Below, piece by piece: positions 30,254 through 41,714 of a DNA stretch of 64,000 nucleotides. The notes beneath the pieces were generated by a model. That model made no database searches and had not been told where the DNA came from. It saw only the letters and a list, made by a program, of their open reading frames with translations. Source of the DNA: Gammaproteobacteria bacterium (GTDB lineage: Bacteria > Pseudomonadota > Gammaproteobacteria > GCA-002705445 > GCA-002716945). The translations under genes were made by a program, and so were the position numbers. The DNA lies in assembly GCA_038142325.1 (NCBI GenBank), contig JAYQJW010000002.1, positions 843,328 to 907,327 on the forward strand, in the 5' to 3' direction. The first letter of the stretch is position 1. Every line of letters begins with the position of its first letter.

Positions 30254-30567
30254 TCGGAAGTGCAATCCATTGTAAGAGCTTCTGAAGCTCGAGTTGGAAT
30301 TACATTCATAATATAGTTCTGTGAATCAAATTTAATTAGTAAATCAGGAGCTACTAATTCTATTGAGTCTTTAGTTCTCTTGACCACTGCTAAATTCATA
30401 TTATTTAATTTTTCATTATCTTTTTTTAAATCTAAAATGAATACAATTCGCTCTTCATAGTTGTAGCATGTAAGCTTATCAGTCATGGTTCGTCCATCTG
30501 AAGCAAAAAGATATGAACTGAATAAAGCTGTTGTAATGAAAATAATAAATGCTCGAAGAGTAGACAT
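30250..30567 (-). CDS. Hypothetical secreted protein (about 105 aa)
   Basis: GGAG before the ATG at 30567; signal peptide ending LFA; two Cys near the termini of the mature part. Confidence 0.6.
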   Translation of the reverse strand: MSTLRAFIIFITTALFSSYLFASDGRTMTDKLTCYNYEERIVFILDLKKDNEKLNNMNLAVVKRTKDSIELVAPDLLIKFDSQNYIMNVIPTRASEALTMDCTSD

Positions 30568-30611
30568 ATACTCCACTATACACGTATTGATATTTTGTAC
30601 AATTGGTATAA

Positions 30612-31928
30612 TTAGTTTCCGCCTATAGTCATTTCACTAATTAATAAAGAGCCGCATTTAATTTTTGAGTTTTCATAAACATCGCTTCCTATTGCTTCAA
30701 TGTTTTTGAACATTTCACTCATATTAGAAGCGATAGTAAAATTTGTAACAGGGTTAGATATTTTTCCATTCTTTATTAGATATCCAAATGCACCTCTTGA
30801 ATATTCACCAGTTAGTATATTCGCCCCCGAACCCATCATTTCTGTAATCAATATTCCATCATCTAAAGAACTGATAATGTCTGTGTCTATTTTCTTTGAC
30901 GATTGAATGTTTATATTTGAATATCCACTATTCGCAGTTGATTTGAGATTAAGTTGTTTTGCAGAGTATGTATCTAACATGTATGTTTCAAGGATTCCAT
31001 CGCTTACTAGAGACTTTTCATAAGTTTTTATCCCTTCAGAATCAAAAGGTCTGGTACCAAGACCCTCAGATATAGTTGGATCTTCAATGATACTTAAATG
31101 ATCTGGGAAGATTTTATTACCTATGGAGTCAAGCAAGAAGCTATTTTTTTTATAGATATTATTTCCGTTGATTGCAGAAAGAAAAGATGAAAATAATCCA
31201 ACCGATAATTCAGGGGTAAATATTACTGGACATTTTCTTGTCGAAATACTCTCAGCACCTAATCTGGATAGTGCTTTTTGAGCACTTAGTTCGCCAATTG
31301 TTTTTGGATTTTCGGTTTTTTCAAAATTTCTTCTTGTAGTGTATGCATAATCTCTTTCCTTAAGATTATTGTCTTCTGCAATAACAACACATGAAAGAGT
31401 ATAACTTGTAGAGGAATATGAACCTGCTGCACCGTGAGAGTTTAGAATAAGATTATTAGATTGAGAATAAGCATACTCACAACCTTCACTATTTTTAATC
31501 TTACTGTCATAATTAAGCGCGTATTTCTCACATTCAACTGTAAGATCAATCAATTCATCAGTAGTAAACTCTTTTGGGAAATTAATGTCACAATCAATGT
31601 CTAAATCATTAATTAAATTTTCTTTTGGAAGACCTTGGTATTTATCAGGTTCTAAAAAAGATGCAATAGTTTCACTTTTTTCAATAGTAGATTTAATGCT
31701 TTCATCAGATAAATTATTAGTACTTGCAATACCTTTTTTTTTATCATCAATACACGTAACCGTTAATGATTCATCATTATGATATTGAATATTCTCTAAG
31801 GCACCAAAACGTGAGTTTACATCAGTTCCATATGCTGAACTTAAATGAAACTCGTATTCTTTTGATTTTGGTAGACTGTCCATAATATTTTTCAATTTGA
31901 CAGACATTTCATTAAAATTATTTGACAT
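30612..31928 (-). CDS. pmbA: Metalloprotease subunit PmbA/TldE
   Basis: RPFDSEG, G.NILTGEYSRGA.G, FTIASN; adjacent to tldD. Confidence 0.9.
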   Translation of the reverse strand: MSNNFNEMSVKLKNIMDSLPKSKEYEFHLSSAYGTDVNSRFGALENIQYHNDESLTVTCIDDKKKGIASTNNLSDESIKSTIEKSETIASFLEPDKYQGLPKENLINDLDIDCDINFPKEFTTDELIDLTVECEKYALNYDSKIKNSEGCEYAYSQSNNLILNSHGAAGSYSSTSYTLSCVVIAEDNNLKERDYAYTTRRNFEKTENPKTIGELSAQKALSRLGAESISTRKCPVIFTPELSVGLFSSFLSAINGNNIYKKNSFLLDSIGNKIFPDHLSIIEDPTISEGLGTRPFDSEGIKTYEKSLVSDGILETYMLDTYSAKQLNLKSTANSGYSNINIQSSKKIDTDIISSLDDGILITEMMGSGANILTGEYSRGAFGYLIKNGKISNPVTNFTIASNMSEMFKNIEAIGSDVYENSKIKCGSLLISEMTIGGN

Positions 31929-31929
31929 A

Positions 31930-33360
31930 CTATACTTCTGTTCCACCTACTGTTATGTCATCAATTTTAAGTGTTGGTTGACCAACTCCAACTGGAACAC
32001 TTTGTCCTTCTTTTCCGCATGTTCCTACGCCATCATCTAATTTCATGTCATTAGCAACCATTGATACTTTCTTTAAAACATCTGGTCCATTGCCAATGAG
32101 TGTCATGCCCTTAATAGGATTAGAGACTTTACCGTCTTGAATCCTGTATGCCTCAGATGCAGTAAAAACAAACTGCCCACTAGTTATATCAACTTGGCCT
32201 CCAGAAAAGTTAACAGCAAAAATTCCATCATCAACACTAGCAATAATTTCGTCTGCTGTTGAAGATCCACCTAGCATGTATGTGTTAGTCATGCGAGGCA
32301 TTGGTAAATGTGCATAACTCTCTCTTCTTCCATTTCCTGTTGGTTTAACGTTCATGAGTTTTGCATTCATAAGATCTTGCATGTAACCTTTTAGAATTCC
32401 ATTTTCAATAAGAATATTTTTAGAGGTTGGCGTTCCCTCATCATCAATTGATAATGATCCTCTTCTATTATCAATTGTTCCATCATCTATCACGGTGCAT
32501 AATTCTGATGCAACTTTTTCTCCAATTTGATCTGAGAAGTTTGATGTTTTTTTTCGATTAAAATCACCTTCAAGCCCGTGTCCTACTGCTTCATGTAACA
32601 AAACTCCAGGCCATCCTGAGCCTAGAACAACGGTTGTATTTCCAGCTTTGCAAGGCTGAGAATTTAGGTTCACATCTGCTATACGTATAGCCTCATCGGA
32701 TAGCTCAAAAGGTCTTTTCGTATTAAGTAAATTTGAGTAAGTATATCTTCCACCGCCACCAGCACTACCTCTTTCTACGCGGTCACCTGATTTTAAAATT
32801 ACCATAACATTAAATCTAACCAGTGGTCTTTCATCAAAACAATATTTTCCATAGGAGTTCGCAACAAAAATTGAATCATGACTTGAACTCAAATTAATGA
32901 TGACTTGCTGCACTCGTTTATCTTTTTTCTTAATATAATTATCAATCTCTCTTAGGAATGTAACTTTTTCTTTATCAGTCAATGAGGTTATTGGAGACTC
33001 TGAAACATAAAGTCTCTTAAAATCATTTTCATGTTTTAAATTTATACTTTTCGTTTCTTTAGACTCAACAATTGACTTTGATAATTTAGCTGCTTTAATT
33101 ATCTCGCTGTAGTCAAAATTATTGCCATATGAAAAACCTGTAGTTTCATTACTTATCGCTCGTATGCCATAACCGCTATCAATGTGTTGTGATCCATTTT
33201 TAACTATCCCATCCTCGCATGTCCAACTTTCAACAGTTGAATACTGCATATAAATATCTGATAAATCTACGTTAGAACCCGATGATTCCGATAAAATAGT
33301 CTCAATATGATTATTGCTTAAATCATGACTAGGAAAAATATGTTCTTTAATTATGTTCAT
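31930..33360 (-). CDS. tldD: Metalloprotease TldD
   Basis: GWPGVLLHEAVGHGLEGDFNRK, PMPRMTNT, GTCGKEGQSVPVGVGQPT. Confidence 0.96.
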   Translation of the reverse strand: MNIIKEHIFPSHDLSNNHIETILSESSGSNVDLSDIYMQYSTVESWTCEDGIVKNGSQHIDSGYGIRAISNETTGFSYGNNFDYSEIIKAAKLSKSIVESKETKSINLKHENDFKRLYVSESPITSLTDKEKVTFLREIDNYIKKKDKRVQQVIINLSSSHDSIFVANSYGKYCFDERPLVRFNVMVILKSGDRVERGSAGGGGRYTYSNLLNTKRPFELSDEAIRIADVNLNSQPCKAGNTTVVLGSGWPGVLLHEAVGHGLEGDFNRKKTSNFSDQIGEKVASELCTVIDDGTIDNRRGSLSIDDEGTPTSKNILIENGILKGYMQDLMNAKLMNVKPTGNGRRESYAHLPMPRMTNTYMLGGSSTADEIIASVDDGIFAVNFSGGQVDITSGQFVFTASEAYRIQDGKVSNPIKGMTLIGNGPDVLKKVSMVANDMKLDDGVGTCGKEGQSVPVGVGQPTLKIDDITVGGTEV

Positions 33361-34178
33361 TTACTTTTCATTAATTTCATGTGGCTTAATACAGGAAAGT
33401 TTTCCCTAATTGATTTTAATTGAGCTAAATCAATTTCGCTAGTTATGAAACCCTTGCCTTTATCAATGCATTCTAAGGTTTTACCCCAAGGACTAACAAT
33501 AGTAGAGTGTCCATAAGTATTTTTTCCATTTATATGGTAACCTCCCTGACAAGAGGTTACAACATAAGATAAGTTTTCAATTGCCCTTGCTTTAATTAAC
33601 GCTTCCCAATGAACTTTTCCTGTTTGTTCTGTAAATGAAGCTGGAAGAATTATTACTTCGATGCCTTTTTCTTGCTGAAGTCTAAAAAGCTCAGGGAATC
33701 TTAAATCATAACAGCAAGCTATTCCAGCTTTACCTATTGGTGTATCTATGACTTCAATTGTCTCTCCAGGCATAAAGTATTTTGACTCATTGTAGGATTC
33801 ATTCGATTTGGGTAAAGTAACATCAAAGAGATGAATTTTATTATACACAGAAACTCTTTTCCCTTTATCGTCATAAGTAATGGTGCTTGCCATAACTCTA
33901 TTTTTATCAGATGACTTGATAGGGATTGTTCCAGACACTATCCATATTTTATATGTCTTTGCTAAATCAGATATATAGGCTTGTATTGGTCCGTCATCTA
34001 AAATTTCAGAATGTTTCAAATAATCATTATCATTTTCTGGCATCAAAGCAAAGTTTTCTGGTAGTACCACCATTTTAGAATCTTTACTTGCAATCTCTTC
34101 AATATAGTTTTTTACATCAAACAAATTAACCTTAATATTAGGTCCAGAATTCAACTGTATGGCAGATACTTTAGGCAT
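33357..34178 (-). CDS. Carbon-nitrogen hydrolase (Nit1/deaminated glutathione amidase-like)
   Basis: LPENFA, YNKIHLFDV, CYDLRFPELFR, ARAIEN; yhdP-nit-tldD context. Confidence 0.9.
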   Translation of the reverse strand: MPKVSAIQLNSGPNIKVNLFDVKNYIEEIASKDSKMVVLPENFALMPENDNDYLKHSEILDDGPIQAYISDLAKTYKIWIVSGTIPIKSSDKNRVMASTITYDDKGKRVSVYNKIHLFDVTLPKSNESYNESKYFMPGETIEVIDTPIGKAGIACCYDLRFPELFRLQQEKGIEVIILPASFTEQTGKVHWEALIKARAIENLSYVVTSCQGGYHINGKNTYGHSTIVSPWGKTLECIDKGKGFITSEIDLAQLKSIRENFPVLSHMKLMKSK

Positions 34179-34192
34179 CCATTTAGAATATA

Positions 34193-37182
34193 TTAATTGA
34201 GGATAGGTTTAAATGATTGGGTTACTTTAATTTCAGGTTTTTCCCATGGTCCTTTGATGGAATACTCTATTCCTGCAAGCTTATTAGTGTCTAATCCGAA
34301 TTCTTTAAGGAGTCTATCATAAAATATTGATGCGGCAGCGCCGATTGGACCACCAATAACTGCTCCAGTGACTAAACTTGTAGATGACAGATCAGGTATG
34401 AAAACTAATGTCTGATCGTGAGTTTGCTTTACCAAGTCCGACTGACCAGATAATCTCATTTCTCCAAAGCTACCAATAATTATCATTTTCTTTGTATCAG
34501 CTATTCCATTATTGAGTGTCACTTTTGAATTTAGATCATCGAATTTCAATCCTCTAGAAAAAAAATCCGAGAAATCTAAGGATAGCCTCTTAGGTATTGA
34601 TGAGATGCTGAATAGTCCCAATACTTGTCCTAGGGCTTGCGTGCCTTTATCTAATTCATTTATTTGACCATTAACAATTTTAAAATCAAGATCGCCATTA
34701 GTTGCTGCAAAACTAAAATCTTCTAATGAACCACTCCATCTTCCAACTAATTTAGCTGATAGAGTTCCTCCTTTAAGTGTTTTAGGATAACCAAGACCAG
34801 CAAGAGCTTGACCAAAGTTTTCACTTTTTATATCAGCAGATATCTCGGTAATCTCTTCATTTGATCTAAACCATTTACCTGAAGAATTCATTTCTAAATT
34901 TAAGTTCTTGAAGCTTAATTTATCAATAGAAATAAAATCTTTCTTTGGATTTAGTATTAAATGAACATTATCTAAAACAATATCCGCAGTTTTAACATGC
35001 TTAGATTTAATATTAAGAGCTGGAAATGATTTACCTAAACCAGTACTACTCATGTATTTAGTATCAATATATTCAAATGAACCAATTATTGAATCGATTG
35101 TTGTTTTTGTTAATCGGATATTTAAAAAAACCTCTTGCAAGTGGCGAGCGAATATTGGCGGTTATATATTTTTTATCTTTTTTTATTTTAAATGTATGCT
35201 GATCAAAAGTTAAAGTTACTGGGTAATCAGGTTTTGGGGAATGCTGGTATCTCAGTGAAAAGTTAGATTTTTGTTCTTTTTGCTTATTGAACGGTTCAAT
35301 AAGATTTATATTTAAACCCTTTAAATCACTTGTCACAAATGACGACAATTCATTCTTAGTATGATTGTAAGTTATCATAGATTTTATTTTAGTCTTACCT
35401 TCAATAATATTATCTATGTTGAATGACTTTGTGAGGATATCTGCATCTACAGTACCAAGTGATGAAATAATCAGTTTATTTGATTCTTTGTTATTATTTG
35501 TAAGTATCTTGGAATTAAATATATTATCATTTACTGAAAGTTTAAAATCATTAGAAAAAATTAAATTTGATGAGGTAAAAAGATTTAGACTTGGTGAAGA
35601 AATATAGATATCGTCTGATTTATTGAAATAAATATTCGTTATGTGATTACTAGAGAATAATTTTTCTCCATGAATAAATATCTTGCTATTAATATCTCCT
35701 GAAAACTCAAATTCATTCATTTCTTTAATTGGATCCAATAAAGGCGCAATATTTTCTAAAGATGACGTCAGACTCAATTTTAGAGACAAGGATCTAGAAA
35801 CTTTCCTACCACTAAAAGATAAAGTGTGTCCTTGATGATTTTTGATATCAGAACTACTAAAATAAATTGACTTTCCTTTAGTCATAAATGAAACATCGCC
35901 AGAAATACCGTTCTGTAAAACAGAGCTATGGTTATTCAAAGATGAATCTTTTATCCTCAAAAATGCTTTACTTAGATTTCCATGGATATCTGCTTTGACT
36001 TTTTCTAAAGTATAATCATCTTCTAATTTCATGTTTAGATTCTCAATAGATAAACTGAAATAATCTAAGCTATTCATATTATTTATGTGAACTTGTGCAT
36101 TGTTGATATTACTAGCCAGCAGTCCTTTATCAATATTAAGATTTTCTAAATTAAGTATCTCAAATATCTCCCTGATGATTTCTCCATCAGCCTTTTCAAT
36201 AAATAATTTAATATTGCCTTTGTCATCTTTATTAATTATCAGCTTATTATTTTTAGTTTCCTTATTATTGATTATATAATTCGTTCGCATCAAACTCAGA
36301 GTTTCTGAACCATTATCATTTATATAGAGAACATCGCTATTAATGCTACTCAGATTAACTTTCGAGTTATTTAATTGAATATTAAGTCGGTCAGTAGAAA
36401 TATTACCTGTGGCTTTAGTAATTTTATCATTCAATAATGTTAGCCAAACACGCATGGTCGCATTATCCGATTCAATTTTTGGGAAATAGGCAGGTAGTAG
36501 TGAATACGGAATACTTACAGAATTAGCACTAAGATATAATTTACTTCTTAGAGAGTTATTATCGTAATCTCCTCTATAACGAAGAGTAATCGGATTTGAA
36601 CTCGAAGAATGATAAAATATTGATGAAATATTAATATCTTTTTGTGAATAAGTTAGCTTAAGATTTTTGATTTCAAATAAAGCAGACTGCATTGTTTCAA
36701 TGTTTGTAAAATTTACAGATGAGTCATTTAGTATAACTTCAGGTAAAAAATTATTTTCTAAATCAGCGGTACTTTTTATTTATAACTTTATTATTAATAA
36801 TTATATTTTTTTTACTATGCTTTAAATCTATCTTTGTTTTGTTTAGTGTGACTTGATTAAAAATTAGTGTTTGATTTTTCAGCGTCTTAAGTGTATTTAG
36901 TTCAATTTCACTACTAGGAATAAACAGGGCGATATTTTTTTCACTATCTCGCAATGAAATATTTTGGATATATATGACAGGAGTAAATCCTCGCCATTGA
37001 ATATTGGTTGATTCAATATTATCATCAACCTCAAAAACAGTTTCGATATTAGATAAAATAGTATTAGCGAGCTTTTCACTCAGAGAAAACGAGTTTTCCG
37101 TATATATTTTAATTACAGAGAAAAGTAAAAGAATAATTAGAATTAAATTCGTGAAAGCTCTAATTATCTTTGGCATTCTCAA
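34193..37182 (-). CDS. yhdP: YhdP (AsmA-like lipid transport protein), split into three ORFs by apparent frameshifts
   Basis: N-terminal TM then QWRGFTP; C-terminal IPKRLSLDFSDFF..G..FD and YSIKGPWEKP; upstream of nit-tldD. Confidence 0.82.
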
Positions 37183-37514
37183 ACCATTTGTTCGTTATTT
37201 ATACTTTCGTCCCATAATTTTTCGAGAGAGTAAAATTCTCTTGCATCTGGATGCATTACGTGAACTAGCACGTCACCAAAATCTATGAGTACCCACTCAG
37301 ATTTAGTATAACCCTCAATGCCAAGTGGTTTGACTTTTATCTTCTTAAGTTTCTTGATAATATTATCCGCAATAGATTTTACATGTCTAGTTGATCTACC
37401 AGACGCAATTATCATTGTATCAGTTACGGAAGACTTATCTTTGACATCTAGTTTAATTACATTTTCTGCTTTGTACTCTTCAAGTAGAAGGCTTATTTCA
37501 TCATTAAGTATCAT
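37179..37514 (-). CDS. rsfS: Ribosome silencing factor
   Basis: IASGRSTRHV, WVLIDFGDVLVHVM, FYSLEKLW. Confidence 0.95.
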   Translation of the reverse strand: MILNDEISLLLEEYKAENVIKLDVKDKSSVTDTMIIASGRSTRHVKSIADNIIKKLKKIKVKPLGIEGYTKSEWVLIDFGDVLVHVMHPDAREFYSLEKLWDESINNEQMV

Positions 37515-38135
37515 TTGTATAAACCTTTCTTTTTAATATATTCATAGACTTCATTACAGACATATTCTTGTATCGATTTATTTTCAAGAAGATTTTTTCT
37601 TACCATGGTAGATGAAATATCAATTTTATACTTAGCAGAGAAGTGTATTTTATTTGCTTCAGCTCTGTTAAACGAGTCAATATCCTTTTCGACGTATTTG
37701 TTCAATGCTTCTATGCTACCATATTTAGGGACATCGTTTCTAGCAAGAACAATTATATTAGCAATAAGTAATATCTGCTCATACTTAAACCAGTTATTGA
37801 AACCAGTGAAATTATCTTCTCCTATCAGTAATCTAATGCGTGAGTTACTAAATTTTTTTTTTAAAATGCTGTACCGTGTCTATTGAAAAAGAAGGTCCTG
37901 ATGAATTTATTTCATGCTCACTAACATCAAAAAAACTATACCTCTTGGTTGCATTTATTAACATTGCAACCCTATCGCTGCAAGTTGCTTTAAAGGTTTT
38001 ACCTACAGGTGATGTACCAGTTGGGACAAATATTATTTTCTCGAGACTATAATCATCTTTGAGTTGAAGAGGAATATTAATGTGCGCTTCATGCACTGGA
38101 TCAAAAGAGCCGAGGTATATTCCTATGTTGTTTTT
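37511..38135 (-). CDS. nadD: Nicotinate-nucleotide adenylyltransferase (apparent frameshift at about 37855; start uncertain)
   Basis: IGIYLGSFDPVHEAH, PSFSIDTV, LLIGED..F..W, DISSTMVR; lies between proA and rsfS. Confidence 0.88.
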
Positions 38136-38136
38136 T

Positions 38137-39402
38137 TTAATTTCTAATCACTCCTTTACTAGTGACAACAAATTTTAAATTTGTGAGGCCGTCAAGACCA
38201 ACTGGTCCTCTTGCATGGATTTTATCTGTGCTAATTCCAATCTCTGCTCCCATTCCATATTCGAAGCCATCTGCAAATCGTGTGGATGTGTTTATCATAA
38301 CTGAACTTGAGTCAACCTCTCTTAAGAATTTTCTTTGGGATAATTTATTTTTTGTAATAATTGAATCAGTATGTTTACTACCATATTTTTCAATATGATT
38401 TATAGCCTCATTGATGTTATCTACAATTTTAACAGAGATAATCGGCTTCAGATATTCCTCGTACCAATCTGACTCATTTGCTAAAACCGCTTTTTTAAAA
38501 ATACTTTTAGTCGTTTTGCATCCTCTTATTTCCACACCTTGTTCACTCAAAGCATTTAATATTTTTATAGTTTGAGAGTAAGGAAATTTCTTATGTATAA
38601 TTAAAGACTCTGCTGCGTTACACACCCCATATCTTTGTGTTTTTGAATTAATGGTACAATCCATCGCAGTTTTGAATTCAGCATCAACATCAATATATAC
38701 GTGACAATTACCATCTAAATGTTTTATTACAGGAATTTTAGACTCATGAGAAATTTTTTTAATAAGATTCTTGCCTCCTCGAGGTATTATTACATCAATA
38801 TATTGATCTTGTGATAGTAACTCACTAACAGCAGCTCTATCAGTAGTTTTTATCAACTGAACCATGTCTTTTGGTAAATTGCATTTTTTGAGAGAATCCA
38901 TAATTATCTTTGAGAGTACTAAATTAGAGTTAATGGCTTCGCTACCTCCTCTCAATATTATACAGTTTCCAGATTTAATGGATAAACCTGCTGAATCAAT
39001 AGTAACATTAGGTCTTGATTCATAAATCATTCCTATTACTCCAAGTGGGACTCTCATTTGTTCAACTGTAATGCCACTGGGTTGTTTAATCTTATTGGAT
39101 GTTTTAAATAGAGTATCAGGTATAGATTTAATTTTTCGTAGACCATCAACCATTGATGAGATTCTTTTATTATTAATCAGTAGCCTATCAATAAGAGCAT
39201 CAGACATTTTATTATTTTTAGCACTTTCAATATCTAGAGCATTTTTTTTAAAAATTTGAGTTTTGTTATCTTTAAGCCCTGAAATAATTGTAGATAAAAT
39301 TTTATTTCTATGGGTATTAGATAATGTTCTAGCAAATTTACTTGCCTTATATGAATTGATGCAAACCAGATTTACATATTTCTTTATTTGTAATTTATCC
39401 AT
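38137..39402 (-). CDS. proA: Gamma-glutamyl phosphate reductase
   Basis: VPLGVIGMIYESRPNVT, VCNAAE, STRFADGFEYGMGAEIGIST. Confidence 0.96.
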   Translation of the reverse strand: MDKLQIKKYVNLVCINSYKASKFARTLSNTHRNKILSTIISGLKDNKTQIFKKNALDIESAKNNKMSDALIDRLLINNKRISSMVDGLRKIKSIPDTLFKTSNKIKQPSGITVEQMRVPLGVIGMIYESRPNVTIDSAGLSIKSGNCIILRGGSEAINSNLVLSKIIMDSLKKCNLPKDMVQLIKTTDRAAVSELLSQDQYIDVIIPRGGKNLIKKISHESKIPVIKHLDGNCHVYIDVDAEFKTAMDCTINSKTQRYGVCNAAESLIIHKKFPYSQTIKILNALSEQGVEIRGCKTTKSIFKKAVLANESDWYEEYLKPIISVKIVDNINEAINHIEKYGSKHTDSIITKNKLSQRKFLREVDSSSVMINTSTRFADGFEYGMGAEIGISTDKIHARGPVGLDGLTNLKFVVTSKGVIRN

Positions 39403-39404
39403 GA

Positions 39405-40358
39405 CTAACTTTTCATTAAATCTAAAAACATAGAGTTAAAAGATTCCCATGGATTAGACTTTTTAAGATTGTACTTTGATTTAGCATCAAGTGTAGCAAT
39501 ATTATTTATTGCAGATAATATTTTTTCTGGAGAGAATTTTTTAGAGACCTGTAAATATTTATCTAATAGGAATGATGGAATATATGGTCTATATTTTATT
39601 GGTTTAATTAATGAGTAAAGTTTTTCTAATTCAGAATTTAAAAGAAATATTATATATGACAAAGACGTATCATTTGATCTAAGATAGTTGCTAGCTCGAA
39701 TGAACTCGAGAGTATTTCTACTTAAGAACATATCCACTAAATCATATTCAGAATACTTAGATCCCTCTTGTCCATGAATCAACTGATTGCTATTCATTAG
39801 ACTTTGAATATATATATTCTGAGAGATTGATAAACTGTTATTAAAATTAGAATTCATAAGTTCTTCGAGATCAGAGTCGCTTATCTCTACCTGATTAACT
39901 TTACATTTGTTGAGAGACCATTGTTTGAGAACTTCATTTTTCAATTCAAATATTTCAATTATGCAAGCATATTGACTAATCTTTTTGTAAAAATTAGTTT
40001 TTTTAAATGATGATGCTTGCCGGTCTAATTTTAAGATAATTTTGTCATCAGTTGATATTTCAATCCATGTCTCTATAAATCTTTTCATTTTAATAGAAAT
40101 AGAATTCGATACTATATTCAAAATAATAATTTTATTCTCATTAAACAATGAATGTTCATTGAATAAACTCTCAAGTTTTTGTATTTGGGAATCATCATCA
40201 ACAACATAGTTCATCGATTTGTAGCCCAATTTTTGATAGAAGTTTAAAACATCATGCTCAATTTCATTACTTATATTTCTCGGATTTCCGTGGATGAAGT
40301 ATAGTGGTGATTCAGTAGAAAGTTGAGATTTTTTGAATTTAACGTAATCAAGTATCAT
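39405..40358 (-). CDS. holA: DNA polymerase III delta subunit, highly divergent
   Basis: PLYFIHG, SLFNENKIIIL and overall length fit HolA; upstream of proA-nadD. The start could instead be 40382. Confidence 0.75.
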   Translation of the reverse strand: MILDYVKFKKSQLSTESPLYFIHGNPRNISNEIEHDVLNFYQKLGYKSMNYVVDDDSQIQKLESLFNEHSLFNENKIIILNIVSNSISIKMKRFIETWIEISTDDKIILKLDRQASSFKKTNFYKKISQYACIIEIFELKNEVLKQWSLNKCKVNQVEISDSDLEELMNSNFNNSLSISQNIYIQSLMNSNQLIHGQEGSKYSEYDLVDMFLSRNTLEFIRASNYLRSNDTSLSYIIFLLNSELEKLYSLIKPIKYRPYIPSFLLDKYLQVSKKFSPEKILSAINNIATLDAKSKYNLKKSNPWESFNSMFLDLMKS

Positions 40359-40384
40359 ATACTCAATTATACTATAGATCATTA

Positions 40385-41272
40385 ATGAAAAGTGGTAAAA
40401 AATATAAAGTTGGTTTTATTGGCTTAGGTATCATGGGCAAACCCATGGTTTTAAATCTTATTAAAAATAATTTTGAGGTTTACTTCTTTGCTAGAAAAAA
40501 AAATATAATTGATGAGGTTGTAACGGCAGGAGGAATTTTTATTTCTGCTATCGAAGAAATTCCTAATTACACATCATTATCTATAACCAATCTTCCAAAC
40601 ACCAAAGATGTTAAACAAATAGTAATCGGAAAGAAGGGTTTGATAAATAATATAAGAAAAGGATATGTTGTTATAGATATGAGCACTATCTCACCTCAAG
40701 GTGCTAGAGAGATAAATGCTAGCTTAAATACAAAGAATTCATATTTCATAGATGCGCCTGTATCTGGTGGAGAGGCTGGTGCGATATCTGGCGCATTATC
40801 AATTATGGTTGGTGGTGACAAAAAGATATATCAAAAAATTAAATATGTTCTAATGGCTGTTGGCAAAAAAATTACATATATCGGTGATAGTGGCTCGGGT
40901 CAAGTATGCAAGGCATGCAATCAAATATTAGTTGCACAAACTATTCAATCAATAAGTGAAATTATAAATATTGCGAAAAAATCAAATATTGACCCTAAAC
41001 TAATAAGAGAAGCGCTCCTAGCAGGATATGCTAATAGCAAAATACTCGATATTCATGGTATGAGAATGATTAATTCAGACTTTAACCCTGGATTTAAACT
41101 CTCTCTACATCACAAGGATTTAAAGATAGCCAAAAATCTTACAAAGCACTTGAATATTAATATAAAGGGTTTAAATCATGTAAAGAAATTAATGAAATTA
41201 GCAGAACAAGAAGATTTATCAGATCTAGATTCTTCAGCCATACATAAAATATTAGAAAAAATACATAATTAG
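40385..41272 (+). CDS. Beta-hydroxyacid dehydrogenase (tartronate semialdehyde reductase GarR/GlxR-like)
   Basis: GFIGLGIMGKPM, IDMSTISP, DAPVSGGE.GA, GQVCKACNQI, F.PGF...LH.KDL. Confidence 0.85.
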   Translation: MKSGKKYKVGFIGLGIMGKPMVLNLIKNNFEVYFFARKKNIIDEVVTAGGIFISAIEEIPNYTSLSITNLPNTKDVKQIVIGKKGLINNIRKGYVVIDMSTISPQGAREINASLNTKNSYFIDAPVSGGEAGAISGALSIMVGGDKKIYQKIKYVLMAVGKKITYIGDSGSGQVCKACNQILVAQTIQSISEIINIAKKSNIDPKLIREALLAGYANSKILDIHGMRMINSDFNPGFKLSLHHKDLKIAKNLTKHLNINIKGLNHVKKLMKLAEQEDLSDLDSSAIHKILEKIHN

Positions 41273-41312
41273 ATATTAAGATTTGTATATTAATATATTA
41301 TAATTCTCGTAT

Positions 41313-41711
41313 ATGGAAAATAAGTACGAGATAATATATAGAAAATTAAACGTTACCCCTACAAAACAAAGGGTTGATTTAGCTAAGTTAATATTTTCTA
41401 AAAAACAACATTTTACAGCTACTGACCTTATCTCTGTAGCAGACAAGAAGAACTTAAATATTTCCATGGCAACTATTTACAATACTTTATCTTTATTGGA
41501 GACAAAAGGAATGCTAAAAACTATCAACATTGAAAATGATTTAAAATTTTATGATACAAATCTAGACAACCATCATCATTTGTACAATACGACTATGAGT
41601 ACACTAACTGATATAGATCATGATCAAGTAGTATTCTCAGATTTTCCTGAACTACCTAAAAATCTGCAAATTGAAAGCACTGAGGTACTTATTAAAGTTA
41701 AAAATAGGTAA
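41313..41711 (+). CDS. Fur-family regulator, Irr-like
   Basis: TPTKQR, HFTA, SMATIYNTL, YDTN...HHHLYN (HHH motif), no CxxC. Confidence 0.82.
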   Translation: MENKYEIIYRKLNVTPTKQRVDLAKLIFSKKQHFTATDLISVADKKNLNISMATIYNTLSLLETKGMLKTINIENDLKFYDTNLDNHHHLYNTTMSTLTDIDHDQVVFSDFPELPKNLQIESTEVLIKVKNR

Positions 41712-41714
41712 AAG

